Assembly (NCBI RefSeq): GCF_044222345.1
Contig: NZ_JBGANL010000005.1
Location: 66,784 to 90,783 of the forward strand
Source: Prosthecobacter sp.
GTDB taxonomy: Bacteria; Verrucomicrobiota; Verrucomicrobiia; Verrucomicrobiales; Verrucomicrobiaceae
Reading direction: 5' to 3'
DNA: 24,000 bases
The notes under the pieces are model-generated. The model was given only the letters and a program-made list of their open reading frames with translations. It ran no database searches and had not been told where the DNA came from. The position numbers were made by a program, and so were the translations under genes. Shown here piece by piece: positions 14,372 to 24,000 of this stretch. Every line of letters begins with the position of its first letter. Position 1 is the stretch's first letter.

Positions 14372-14776
14372 TTACGGAATCGCACTCACCTGCACCTTGG
14401 TCTTCCCGAGCACGGTATGGCAGTTCACGCACTGCTGGCGCAGCGAGGCAAAAGCAGCTGGGGAGCGCTTTGAGTCGTGTTTTTTGAGTGTGGTTTTGAG
14501 TTCGGCGAAGGGTCCGTTTTCCCACCCGGCAAGCAGGGGCTGCAGATCTACCATGGTTCCACCGGAAGACTTTTGCCGAGGTGCGCTGGTGATCGACTTG
14601 GACACACTCGAATGCATGCGTTCTGACATGGCCAGCGCGGCATCCCACTCGCCAGCCTGCTGCAACCTGCGCGTTTCCAGCATCTTGCGCTGGGCCGCTT
14701 TCATACGGTGGCCGTTCATCGTGCTGGCACAGGAGGCCAGCGCGATCATCATGGCGAGGACGAATAGACTTTTCAT
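14372..14776 (-). CDS. lipoprotein c-type cytochrome, class II-like (C-terminal CxxCH)
   Basis: I set the start at Met26 of the track ORF: 'MKSLFVLAMMIALASC' is a signal peptide with lipobox L-A-S-C. It has a single 'CVNCH' heme motif ~15 aa from the C-terminus and is ~134 aa. That is the layout of cytochrome c'/c556-type four-helix proteins. Confidence 0.55.
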   Translation of the reverse strand: MKSLFVLAMMIALASCASTMNGHRMKAAQRKMLETRRLQQAGEWDAALAMSERMHSSVSKSITSAPRQKSSGGTMVDLQPLLAGWENGPFAELKTTLKKHDSKRSPAAFASLRQQCVNCHTVLGKTKVQVSAIP

Positions 14777-14792
14777 GGGTTTGGTGAGTGAA

Positions 14793-15791
14793 TCACCGCC
14801 CTTCGAATCTGTCACGTCCTTTCGCCAGCGCTTCGATCTTGCGATCGGCAATGCTGCGTTTGAGCATCCAGAAGCCGCAGTCGGGATGGATAAACTTCAC
14901 CCGGCCTGAACCTAGCTTTTTCTCCGCTGCTTCGATGCGGCGGGCGATTTCATCGGCGGTTTCGACGTGGTTCACCTTGATGTCCACGACACCGAGGCCG
15001 ACACCGATTTTGGGATCAAGTTCCTTCAGCGCATCGAGGTCGGCGGCAGGACGATGGGCGAGTTCGAGCACGAGGTGGTCGGCACGCAAGGAGTTCAGGA
15101 AGGAGATGAGCGCGGCCCACTCGCCCTTTTGAATTGTCTGGCCGCCATAGTTGCCGAAGCAGAAGTGCACGGCTTTCGTGCCTTTCACCGCATCCAGCAC
15201 TCGATTGATGCCTGCGGCGGCGATGGGAGCATCCGCCGGGTTGCCGGGAATGTTTGCCTCATCGACTTGCACGCATTCACATTGCAAATCGGCGGCCTGT
15301 GCGGCCAGCGCATCGGCGATGGCCATGTTGAGCGCTTCAAAGTCGTGGTAGTGGGTATCCAGCAGGGTACGGGCCAGCATGTACGGACTGGTCAGCGTGA
15401 ATTTGAACGGGCCGCCGGCCACTTTGCCCGCGCGGGCGCAGTCCTCTGCCAGATTGAGGACCCCTTCGGTGATGGGGCCCCGCACCACGGCGGCTGGCTT
15501 GCTGCGGAAGGCCATCTCATGTTTGGCACGAAACGCGGCGGCATCGGCTCGCCCCACACAGCTGTCAATGCCGCCCAGCTTGTGGACGAAGTATTCGATC
15601 ATGCCGTTGGTGTCCGGATGATTCACATCGAAGCGATACAGTTCGCCATCCGTCGGTAGATCAATGCCGGCCTGGCGCTGGGTATCGAACACCACACGGG
15701 TGGCATCAATGACGGCGGCCTCGCTGGGCAGCGCGCTGAGCCATTCGGGAACAGGGTAGGAGCCGACGGTGGTGGTCTGGATGGTGGCCAT
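14793..15791 (-). CDS. cobalamin-independent methionine synthase (MetE C-terminal domain)-like methyltransferase
   Basis: 'TTVGSYPVPEWL', 'PTDGELYR', 'HFCFGNYGG' and 'IHPDCGFWMLKR' (His/Cys zinc ligands) fit the short MetE-like family at 332 aa. Confidence 0.8.
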   Translation of the reverse strand: MATIQTTTVGSYPVPEWLSALPSEAAVIDATRVVFDTQRQAGIDLPTDGELYRFDVNHPDTNGMIEYFVHKLGGIDSCVGRADAAAFRAKHEMAFRSKPAAVVRGPITEGVLNLAEDCARAGKVAGGPFKFTLTSPYMLARTLLDTHYHDFEALNMAIADALAAQAADLQCECVQVDEANIPGNPADAPIAAAGINRVLDAVKGTKAVHFCFGNYGGQTIQKGEWAALISFLNSLRADHLVLELAHRPAADLDALKELDPKIGVGLGVVDIKVNHVETADEIARRIEAAEKKLGSGRVKFIHPDCGFWMLKRSIADRKIEALAKGRDRFEGR

Positions 15792-15869
15792 GCAGCAGCC
15801 TAGTTAGCATCCTCCTGCCTTGGAAGGCGTGAGTGCCAAATTCCAAAGGCAGGCAGGCATCCAACAAGC

Positions 15870-17246
15870 TTACTTCGCGTTCTTCGGCCCTTTGCCACGC
15901 ACGCTCATTTTGAAGGGCACGCCGGGGGCGTTCCATTCGTCGCGGATGACTTTCTCCAGATAGCGCATGTAGCTGTCGGTGAGCTTTGAGGCGCGGTTGG
16001 CGAAGAGCACAAAGTGCGGCACGGGAATGGCGAAGCCTTCGGCCTCATTGACCTGGGTGGCGTAGAGCAGCTTGAAGCTGTGCGTGCTGCGGCCCAGAGC
16101 GCCGGGGGTGTTCTCGATGGCGTTGGCGAGAAGGCGGTTCAAAGCGCCGGTGCCAATGCGGTTCTGTGCGCCGCTGCGTACTTTTTCGATCTGCACGAAG
16201 AGCTTGCCGATGTGGTCCTTGTTCTTCGCCGAGATGGCAACGAGAGGGGCGTAGTTCAGGAAGAAAAACTCGCGGCGCATCAGCTCGTCCAGATGCTCGA
16301 TGCGGTCCTTCTGATTGCCATCGGGATGAAAAAGATCCCACTTGTTCATGACGAGGATGCAGGGCTTGCGCTCTTCAAGAATGAACTGAGCGATCTTGCG
16401 GTCCTGCATTTTGGCTCCGGCGGCGCAGTCGATGACGAGCAGGCAAAGATCCGCGCGCTTGATGCTCTGCAAGCTGCGATCCACGCTGGAGATCTCGACC
16501 ACGGTGTCGAGATTGCCACGACGGCGGATGCCGGCGGTGTCGATGAGCTGGTAGTGTTTGCCGTTCCAGGTGGCCTTGATGTCGAGCGCATCACGGGTGG
16601 TGCCGGCGACATCGCTGACGATGGCGCGGTCCTGGCCTAGAATGGCATTCACCAGCGAGGATTTGCCAGCGTTGGGCCGGCCGACGATGGCGAGCTTAAG
16701 CGGGCGAGTGTTTTGATGTGCAATGGCATCTTCCGTTTCGTTGGACTCCTTCAAATCGAGGCGCTCGGAAATGAGTGCGACGAGTTCGTCGATGCCAAGG
16801 CCATGAGCGGCGCTGACTTCAAGGGTGTCGGGGAAGCCGAATTTGGAGAATTCGCTGGCGTTGAGCTTGCGCTTCGGGGAATCGGCCTTGTTGCAGACGA
16901 GGATGACGGGCTTGTTGGTGCGGCGCAGTTCGCGGGCGAGGCTTTGATCAATCGTGGTGATCCCATCGACGACATCGACAACGAACAGCAGCAGGTCGGC
17001 AACGTCCAGGGCGATGGATGCCTCGATCTGCACCTGGTCGGTCAGCACGTCCTCGGTGCTGGCACCGATGCCGCCTGTGTCCATGATCTCAAACCATGCC
17101 GGACCCCGGCGGCACTGCGCCGTGATGCGGTCCCGTGTCACACCGGCCTGGTCGTGGACGATGGAGATGGTTTTCCCGGCAAGGCGGTTGAAGAGTGCGG
17201 ACTTGCCCACATTGGGGCGTCCGACGATGGCAACGGTTTTGAGCAT
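15870..17246 (-). CDS. der: ribosome-biogenesis GTPase Der (EngA)
   Basis: Two tandem GTPase domains: 'GRPNVGKSALFNRL'/'DTGG'/'NKAD' and 'GRPNAGKSSLVNAI'/'DTAG'/'NKWD'. A KH-like C-terminal domain follows; 458 aa. Confidence 0.95.
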   Translation of the reverse strand: MLKTVAIVGRPNVGKSALFNRLAGKTISIVHDQAGVTRDRITAQCRRGPAWFEIMDTGGIGASTEDVLTDQVQIEASIALDVADLLLFVVDVVDGITTIDQSLARELRRTNKPVILVCNKADSPKRKLNASEFSKFGFPDTLEVSAAHGLGIDELVALISERLDLKESNETEDAIAHQNTRPLKLAIVGRPNAGKSSLVNAILGQDRAIVSDVAGTTRDALDIKATWNGKHYQLIDTAGIRRRGNLDTVVEISSVDRSLQSIKRADLCLLVIDCAAGAKMQDRKIAQFILEERKPCILVMNKWDLFHPDGNQKDRIEHLDELMRREFFFLNYAPLVAISAKNKDHIGKLFVQIEKVRSGAQNRIGTGALNRLLANAIENTPGALGRSTHSFKLLYATQVNEAEGFAIPVPHFVLFANRASKLTDSYMRYLEKVIRDEWNAPGVPFKMSVRGKGPKNAK

Positions 17247-17275
17247 TGTTCAGAGAGCACGGTGAGCCCCCCGAG

Positions 17276-17848
17276 TCAATCATGTCCAGCGGCTTGCAAC
17301 TGCTTGACACCATCGGCCAGATTGAGAAAACCCGACAGGGCGGTAAAAGTGGCGGCAAAGAGCGTGGGCCAGATGAGCCACTCAGGCTTGAGATCGAGCA
17401 GGATCCACAGGATGGCCGCCATCTGGGCAAAAGTGGCTGTTTTGCCGGTCCAGTGGGTGTGGATTTGGAATTTGCCGGCAAAGTGGTCGATCAGGAAGGC
17501 CCCGCCAATGGAGAGCAGGTCGCGGCCGATGACCAAAATCGGGAACCACAGGGGAAAATGCTGCCGCCAGGAGGTAAAACTGAGCAGGATGATGGCGGCG
17601 AGCATGAGCAGCTTGTCCGCAAGCGGGTCCATGATGGCCCCGAACCGGGTGCGCTGATTGAACCGGCGGGCGATCCAGCCGTCAATCGCGTCACTGATCG
17701 AGGCAATGCCGAAGACCGCAGCAGCCCATTGGCGCAGGGCTTCATTGGGGTGCTCCCCACGGGCGCTTTCGCCATAATAGATCACCAGCCCGATGAAGAC
17801 GGGAATCAGCAGGATGCGGAAGATGGTGATCTGATTGGCGAGGTTCAC
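17276..17848 (-). CDS. pgsA: CDP-diacylglycerol--glycerol-3-phosphate 3-phosphatidyltransferase
   Basis: 'DAIDGWIARRFNQRTRFGAIMDPLADK' matches the CDP-alcohol phosphatidyltransferase signature DGx2ARx8Gx3Dx3D. It is a 190-aa multi-TM protein with a PgsA-like N-terminus 'NQITIFRILLIPVF'. Confidence 0.85.
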   Translation of the reverse strand: MNLANQITIFRILLIPVFIGLVIYYGESARGEHPNEALRQWAAAVFGIASISDAIDGWIARRFNQRTRFGAIMDPLADKLLMLAAIILLSFTSWRQHFPLWFPILVIGRDLLSIGGAFLIDHFAGKFQIHTHWTGKTATFAQMAAILWILLDLKPEWLIWPTLFAATFTALSGFLNLADGVKQLQAAGHD

Positions 17849-17920
17849 GCTGCTACGTTCGCTTTTCGCGCCTCACGTTCAAGAGTTGAATCATGAAGTT
17901 TGATCGCTTTAGAGTGCGGC

Positions 17921-18496
17921 ATGTCGCAAATCGAGCCCGTGGATCTTTTGAACGCCTACTGCGAGGGGGCCTTCCCGATGGGGGAGGACGATGGCTCCAT
18001 CTCGTGGTACCGGCCCAAGATGCGCGGCATCCTGCCGGTGGCGGAGTTTCACGTGCCACGCCGGTTTGAGCGCTACCTGAAGCAGCACCCGTTCGAAGTG
18101 CGCTGGAACACGGCGTTTGGGGATGTCATCCGGGGCTGCGCCGACCGTGAGAGCACCTGGATCACGGATGCGATCATGGACACCTACGAGGAGCTTCACC
18201 GCATTGGTTTCGCGCATTGCGTGGAGGTCTGGCGGGACGGCAAGCTGCGTGGCGGCGTCTATGGGGTGAGCATCGGCGGGGCGTTTTTTGGCGAATCCAT
18301 GTTCAGCCGCGAGCCGCAGGCCTCCAAGGTGGCGCTGACCTGCCTGCAGCGGCGCCTGCACGAGCGCGGCTACTTGCTGCATGACACGCAGTGGACCACG
18401 CCGCATCTCGCGATGTTTGGCGGTCACGAAATCCCCTGCGCGCAGTATTTGGAACTGCTGCAGAGGGCGATTTCGCGAAAGGCGACGTTTATGTGA
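17921..18496 (+). CDS. aat: leucyl/phenylalanyl-tRNA--protein transferase
   Basis: Typical Aat motifs: 'LLNAYCEGAFPMG', 'SWYRPKMRGILPV', 'FHVPRRFERYL', 'TWITDAIMDTYEELHRIGFAHCVEVW' and 'GGVYGVSIGGAFFGESMFS'. An ATG at 17900 is an alternative start. Confidence 0.85.
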   Translation: MSQIEPVDLLNAYCEGAFPMGEDDGSISWYRPKMRGILPVAEFHVPRRFERYLKQHPFEVRWNTAFGDVIRGCADRESTWITDAIMDTYEELHRIGFAHCVEVWRDGKLRGGVYGVSIGGAFFGESMFSREPQASKVALTCLQRRLHERGYLLHDTQWTTPHLAMFGGHEIPCAQYLELLQRAISRKATFM

Positions 18497-18503
18497 GCTG
18501 CTA

Positions 18504-20471
<1,968 letters not shown>

Positions 20472-20561
20472 GGGCCGCGATTATGGGGGCAAATTCGGAA
20501 ATGCAAAGCGACATCTCGGAGAGGTGCGGGAGGCGGCGAAATCCCCGGCTGGGGCCGGGAG

Positions 20562-21251
20562 TCAGGGCACGGCCTTGCGAAAGGCGAAGGGAAGGTAAAG
20601 TACGGAATAAAACACGACGCCGAGACCGATGGTTTCGAGATTGTACCAAGGCCACGGATGGAGCTGGTCAAACAGGCTTGCCTGCACGGGTTTTGAGCAC
20701 TGAAAAGCGTAGTTGGCTCCGATGGCGTAGTTCACAACGGCGATCACGGCATACCAGGCCACGGAGAAAGTCATGATCCGCAGCACGGCTCCGGGGCGCG
20801 GGCGGACCTTCATGGCGCTGACGACGTAGAAAGCCGTGATCGGCACGCCGGCGTGCATGATGAAAAACAAAAAGAAACGCGGGTCCGGAAACTCATAGAT
20901 CAGCGCGGGGGTCAGCAGTCCCTGAAGGGTGCCTGCGATGCCAAAGAAATACACCACCTCGCAAAAAAACGGACGGCGCGTCCATAGCGCGATGCCGCCT
21001 GCCAGGGTGGCGATGTCGCAGTACTGCAATGGCAGCGCGGTGTACACACTGAGCGAGCCGTACAGGGCATGCACCCCCAGACCGACGGGATACAAGGCCA
21101 GCAGCATGCCACCCAGCACCCGCTGCGTGAGCTCTGCCCAGCGGGTGCGGGCAAGCAGCAGCATCACGATGAACAGCACCAGCGCGATGGCGAGCACCGC
21201 CTTGTGGGATGGGCCGTAGGGATGAAAGGCGGGAGGCATGGCCTGCATCAT
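20562..21251 (-). CDS. integral membrane protein (YwaF/TIGR02206-like)
   Basis: 229 aa with ~7 hydrophobic helices. The N-terminal 'FHPYGPSHKAVLAIALVLFIVMLLL' pattern resembles that family. The call is from memory only. Confidence 0.45.
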   Translation of the reverse strand: MMQAMPPAFHPYGPSHKAVLAIALVLFIVMLLLARTRWAELTQRVLGGMLLALYPVGLGVHALYGSLSVYTALPLQYCDIATLAGGIALWTRRPFFCEVVYFFGIAGTLQGLLTPALIYEFPDPRFFLFFIMHAGVPITAFYVVSAMKVRPRPGAVLRIMTFSVAWYAVIAVVNYAIGANYAFQCSKPVQASLFDQLHPWPWYNLETIGLGVVFYSVLYLPFAFRKAVP

Positions 21252-21296
21252 ACGCGGATGTTGCGGAAGTCAGTCGGTTTGTGGCATGTTGAGGGC

Positions 21297-23105
21297 ATGT
21301 CACGCTCCAACCGCTCGTCTGTCCGTTCCGCGAAACAGCTCAGCGGTGGCTGTGCCGTGCTGTTTGGTCTGCCCTTCATTCTGGCCGGCGTGGCCGTTGG
21401 TGTGTTTCTCTATTTTCCCGCGATCAGTTCATGGTGGTCCTCTCGCAGCTGGGTGGAAGTGCCGTGCTGGATTGAGACCGCGGAACTCAAGGCCTCGCGT
21501 GGCAGCAAAGGTGGCACGACTTACCGTGCTGAGGCCAGTTATCGCTATGAGTTCGACCGACGCAGCTACCATGGCGATCAGGTGAGTTTCTTCAGTGGCT
21601 CCGACAACATGGGGGATTTTCAGCAGCAGGTGTTTCAGCAGCTTCAGTCAGTGAAGGGCAAAAAACGGCCGTTTCGCTGTTTTGTGAATCCGTCCAAACC
21701 GGAGCAGGTCGTGCTGTTTCGCGATCTCCGCTGGGGTTTGCTGCTTTTGATGTCGATTTTCCCGACGGCGTTTCCGCTGGCAGGCTGCCTGGTTTCTGTC
21801 GGTGGCTGGCGGCAGTCGCGCCGGACGGCGCAGATGGCGCGGCTCAGAGAACAGCATCCGGGTACTCCGTGGCGCTGGCGTCCCGAGTGGATGGGAGAGA
21901 AAATTTGTCCAGAACCGGACCCCCTGCCGTTTATTATCGGGGTCGCTGGCTGGATTCTTCTGGTGCAGCTGCCGCTGGCTCTTGCAGTGATTCTTGGAGG
22001 GGAAATCATCAAATCGGCACTGGCGCTGCTTGCGCTCATCCCCGCCGCGCTGGCCTGCATTCCACTTCTCTTTGCCTGGAGAAGGATCAGGACACAGATC
22101 GCCATCGGCCGCCCAGTGTTGCTGCTCAAGCAGGTTCCGGTTTCTCCGGGACATCCGCTCGTGGGCGAGCTGCGGTTTTCCCGTGCGCCGTCTCCGCTCA
22201 GCACCCTTTCCCTCCGTGCGCTCTGCCAGAGGCACATCACGCGCAACAGCGGTGACTCCCACGCCACCGCGAAGGAAACCATCTGGGAGCACACCTCAGC
22301 GTTGTCTGCTGCTGAGGCACGGCGGGATGTGGATGGCATGGCGCTGCCGCTGCGCATCGACATTCCACGCGGACTGCCATGTGCTGCCGTGGACGAAGCT
22401 TCCATTGTTACGACAGAAGGTGAGCAGCATGTATGGACGCTGGAAATCAGCTCCAGCACAGGCGGCGGGCCGGTGGTGCTGCCTCTGCCGGTGTTTGTTT
22501 CGGCGGCTGCAGCCGCTGAAAGTGAGGAGGAAGCCGCCTTCGCGCAGCCGGAGCCGTCACCTCTGCTGAGCACGGATGATCTTCTCCTGCGATTGAAGGC
22601 CAGGGGTATTGAGATGGAGATGGATGCCGGTGGCATGCCCTCCTTCATCGACTGTCCAGCAGGAAGGAATCGGTATGCGGGCTTTTTTTTGCTGGTGTTT
22701 GGCCTGATTTGGTCTGCGGGCTTCCTGTTCATGCAGGCGAAGGGGGCGCCGCTGATCTTCCGGCTTTTCTGGGGCATCACCTCGCCGCTCATTCTCGGGG
22801 GCAGCCTATGGACACTGCTGCACAGCCTCCGCCTGGAGATCAACACACGTGAGCTGCGTATCTTGAACCGTGTGGGGCCCTTTTATTCCTGGCTGGAGAT
22901 TTTCGAGCCGCGCCACATCATTGGCTTCATCCATGACTCCAACACGCAGGCGGGCAACAAGTTCTACTACCGCGTGCGTGCGGAGACGATCTTCGGCAAA
23001 ACCAAAACTCTTGTTGATGGCATCACCGAATCCGTGACGGCAGAGACGCTGGCGCGGCGGCTTGATGAATGGCGGAAGCTGAATGATCTTCCGCGCCGAG
23101 CCTAG
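21297..23105 (+). CDS. large multi-pass membrane protein with N-terminal DUF3592-type module
   Basis: I set the start at Met77 of the track ORF, because the upstream part overlaps the divergent gene. A TM helix is followed by 'WVEVPCWIETAELKASRGSKGGTTYRAEASYRYEFDRRSYHGDQVSF...FRCFVNPSKPEQVVL' and another TM, the DUF3592 layout. Further TM clusters and two soluble segments follow. Confidence 0.6.
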   Translation: MSRSNRSSVRSAKQLSGGCAVLFGLPFILAGVAVGVFLYFPAISSWWSSRSWVEVPCWIETAELKASRGSKGGTTYRAEASYRYEFDRRSYHGDQVSFFSGSDNMGDFQQQVFQQLQSVKGKKRPFRCFVNPSKPEQVVLFRDLRWGLLLLMSIFPTAFPLAGCLVSVGGWRQSRRTAQMARLREQHPGTPWRWRPEWMGEKICPEPDPLPFIIGVAGWILLVQLPLALAVILGGEIIKSALALLALIPAALACIPLLFAWRRIRTQIAIGRPVLLLKQVPVSPGHPLVGELRFSRAPSPLSTLSLRALCQRHITRNSGDSHATAKETIWEHTSALSAAEARRDVDGMALPLRIDIPRGLPCAAVDEASIVTTEGEQHVWTLEISSSTGGGPVVLPLPVFVSAAAAAESEEEAAFAQPEPSPLLSTDDLLLRLKARGIEMEMDAGGMPSFIDCPAGRNRYAGFFLLVFGLIWSAGFLFMQAKGAPLIFRLFWGITSPLILGGSLWTLLHSLRLEINTRELRILNRVGPFYSWLEIFEPRHIIGFIHDSNTQAGNKFYYRVRAETIFGKTKTLVDGITESVTAETLARRLDEWRKLNDLPRRA

Positions 23106-24000
23106 CCCCCATCCCGCAGCGCCACGGCAGGGTCCACACGTGCGGCGAACCATGAAGGAACCAGCGCGGCCATGAGGCAGAGGGCGACCGCCGTGGTGCA
23201 GATGATGAGGAGATCCCCGATGCTCGTATGGGCGGGGATGCTGGAAAGGAAGTAGATGTCCTGCGGGAAAATGTCGCGGCCGGTGATGGCGGAGATTTGA
23301 TCTCGGATCCAGTTGCGAATGCCGAGGACGAAGAAGCCGCCTGCGAGTCCGGCCACCACGCCGACGAGGGCGACGATGCCTGCCTGCGAAACAAAGATGG
23401 CGATGATCTGCCACGCACGTGTGCCCAGCGCGGTGAGGATGCCGATCTCGCGGCGCTTTTTCACCGTGACGGTGATGGTGGTGTTCATCACGCAGATGGC
23501 GGCCACGAGCATGATGAACAGCAGCAGAAACCACATCATTGTGCGCTGGTTCTCGACGGACTCCAGCATCATGCCGTGCTCCTGCTCCCAGGTGCGGTAG
23601 CCCCAGCTTTCTGGCAGCGCTCCGGACTGGTAGATCTTGGTCATGACGCGCTCGGCGTTGTCCGGATCCTTCAGCTCCAGCTCGATGCCGCTGATGTCAC
23701 TGTCGAGGTTGAAAAACTCCTGCGCGACATGCAGCGGCACGTAGCCACGCTTTCCGGCGGTGTCTTCACGCAGCGTGGCGATGAGGGTGAGGTCCTTGGA
23801 CAGGATGGTGACGTCATCAAGAGCTGCGGCGCGCTTTTTCTTGTCTTCATTTTCGGGGATCTCGCGGTACTTTTGGATGAACTGGTTCACGCTTTCGGCG
23901 GCGTGCACGACGAGTGTGTCACCCACCTTGGCACCGATCTCCTTCGCGAATTTGTCGGTGAGGACAATGGTGTCGTCCCTGAGATCGAATTTTCCTTGTC
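23102..24000 (-). CDS. ABC transporter permease, LolC/E (FtsX/MacB) family, N-terminus outside window
   Basis: The frame stays open upstream of the GTG at 23926 to the window edge (QGKFDLRDDTIVLTDKFAKEIGAKVGDTL...). The C-terminal FtsX domain is 'KKRREIGILTALGTRAWQIIAIFVSQAGIVALVGVVAGLAGG...ALVPSWFAARVDPAVALR'. Confidence 0.8.
   Translation of the reverse strand, partial: QGKFDLRDDTIVLTDKFAKEIGAKVGDTLVVHAAESVNQFIQKYREIPENEDKKKRAAALDDVTILSKDLTLIATLREDTAGKRGYVPLHVAQEFFNLDSDISGIELELKDPDNAERVMTKIYQSGALPESWGYRTWEQEHGMMLESVENQRTMMWFLLLFIMLVAAICVMNTTITVTVKKRREIGILTALGTRAWQIIAIFVSQAGIVALVGVVAGLAGGFFVLGIRNWIRDQISAITGRDIFPQDIYFLSSIPAHTSIGDLLIICTTAVALCLMAALVPSWFAARVDPAVALRDGG

Noticed and set aside
13500-14648. 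382-aa - strand ORF across the sigma/anti-sigma genes (also 13003-13431 -)
   Set aside because: It is Arg/His/Cys-rich nonsense-like sequence. It conflicts with the clear ECF sigma region 2/4 motifs and the coupled anti-sigma gene on the + strand.
15792-15869. SAM or B12 riboswitch upstream of the MetE-like gene
   Set aside because: The 78-nt spacer is too short for SAM-I or cobalamin elements. I could not match the SAM-II/V pseudoknot consensus by eye. Only the simple hairpin is reported.
21069-21296. 76-aa N-terminal extension of the 678-aa track ORF
   Set aside because: It overlaps the divergent membrane-protein gene (20562-21251) and is His/Gln-rich. Met at 21297 is followed directly by the basic n-region and TM helix expected for this protein.
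21644-22846. 400-aa and 214-aa - strand ORFs, plus several + strand alternate-frame ORFs, inside the DUF3592 gene
   Set aside because: These are Ser/Arg/Pro/Ala-rich with no hydrophobic periodicity or motifs. The chosen frame gives coherent TM helices and a DUF3592-like module.
22806-23534. 242-aa His/Arg/Pro-rich - strand ORF and the 131-aa ORF at 23023-23418
   Set aside because: These are alternate frames of the LolC/E-type permease gene. The 23102-24000 frame gives a clean FtsX domain.

Overview
GC-rich bacterial chromosomal segment with about 27 protein genes. I found no rRNA, tRNA, CRISPR array, transposase or integrase. The PEP-CTERM anchor, ankyrin-L,D-transpeptidase fusion and two ECF sigma pairs hint at a Verrucomicrobiota/PVC-type organism; this is low-confidence inference. 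All calls come from motif recognition by eye, with no database search. Housekeeping genes flank the window: PIN/TRAM membrane protein, mpl, MetE-like methyltransferase, der, pgsA, aat, speA and a LolC/E-type permease. The centre (about 5.7-14.8 kb) looks accessory and stress-related. (1) A tight + strand operon encodes a Sec-signal, Lys/Gly-rich six-Cys precursor peptide, a DUF692 (MbnB-like) enzyme, a DUF2063 (MbnC-like) partner and DoxX. This is the architecture of the methanobactin-related bufferin/Hvf/gig periplasmic RiPP metallophore clusters. It has a perfect 13-bp hairpin after the precursor gene and a tail-to-tail ECF sigma / cytoplasmic zinc-type (ZAS) anti-sigma pair. (2) A translationally coupled operon, fully overlapped from the second gene onward, has two small Cys-containing membrane peptides (both below the ORF-track cutoff), a DinB-fold protein, an NRDE/TANGO2-family protein and an OlsF-like fused acyltransferase/GNAT aminolipid synthase. 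It sits behind a 12-bp perfect palindrome that overlaps a sigma70-like promoter. (3) A second ECF sigma/anti-sigma pair lies convergent with a lipoprotein class-II-like c-type cytochrome. Other notable genes are an ankyrin-repeat L,D-transpeptidase, a PEP-CTERM trypsin-like protease and a 602-aa DUF3592 multi-pass membrane protein. Many long antisense ORFs in the track are GC-driven artefacts.
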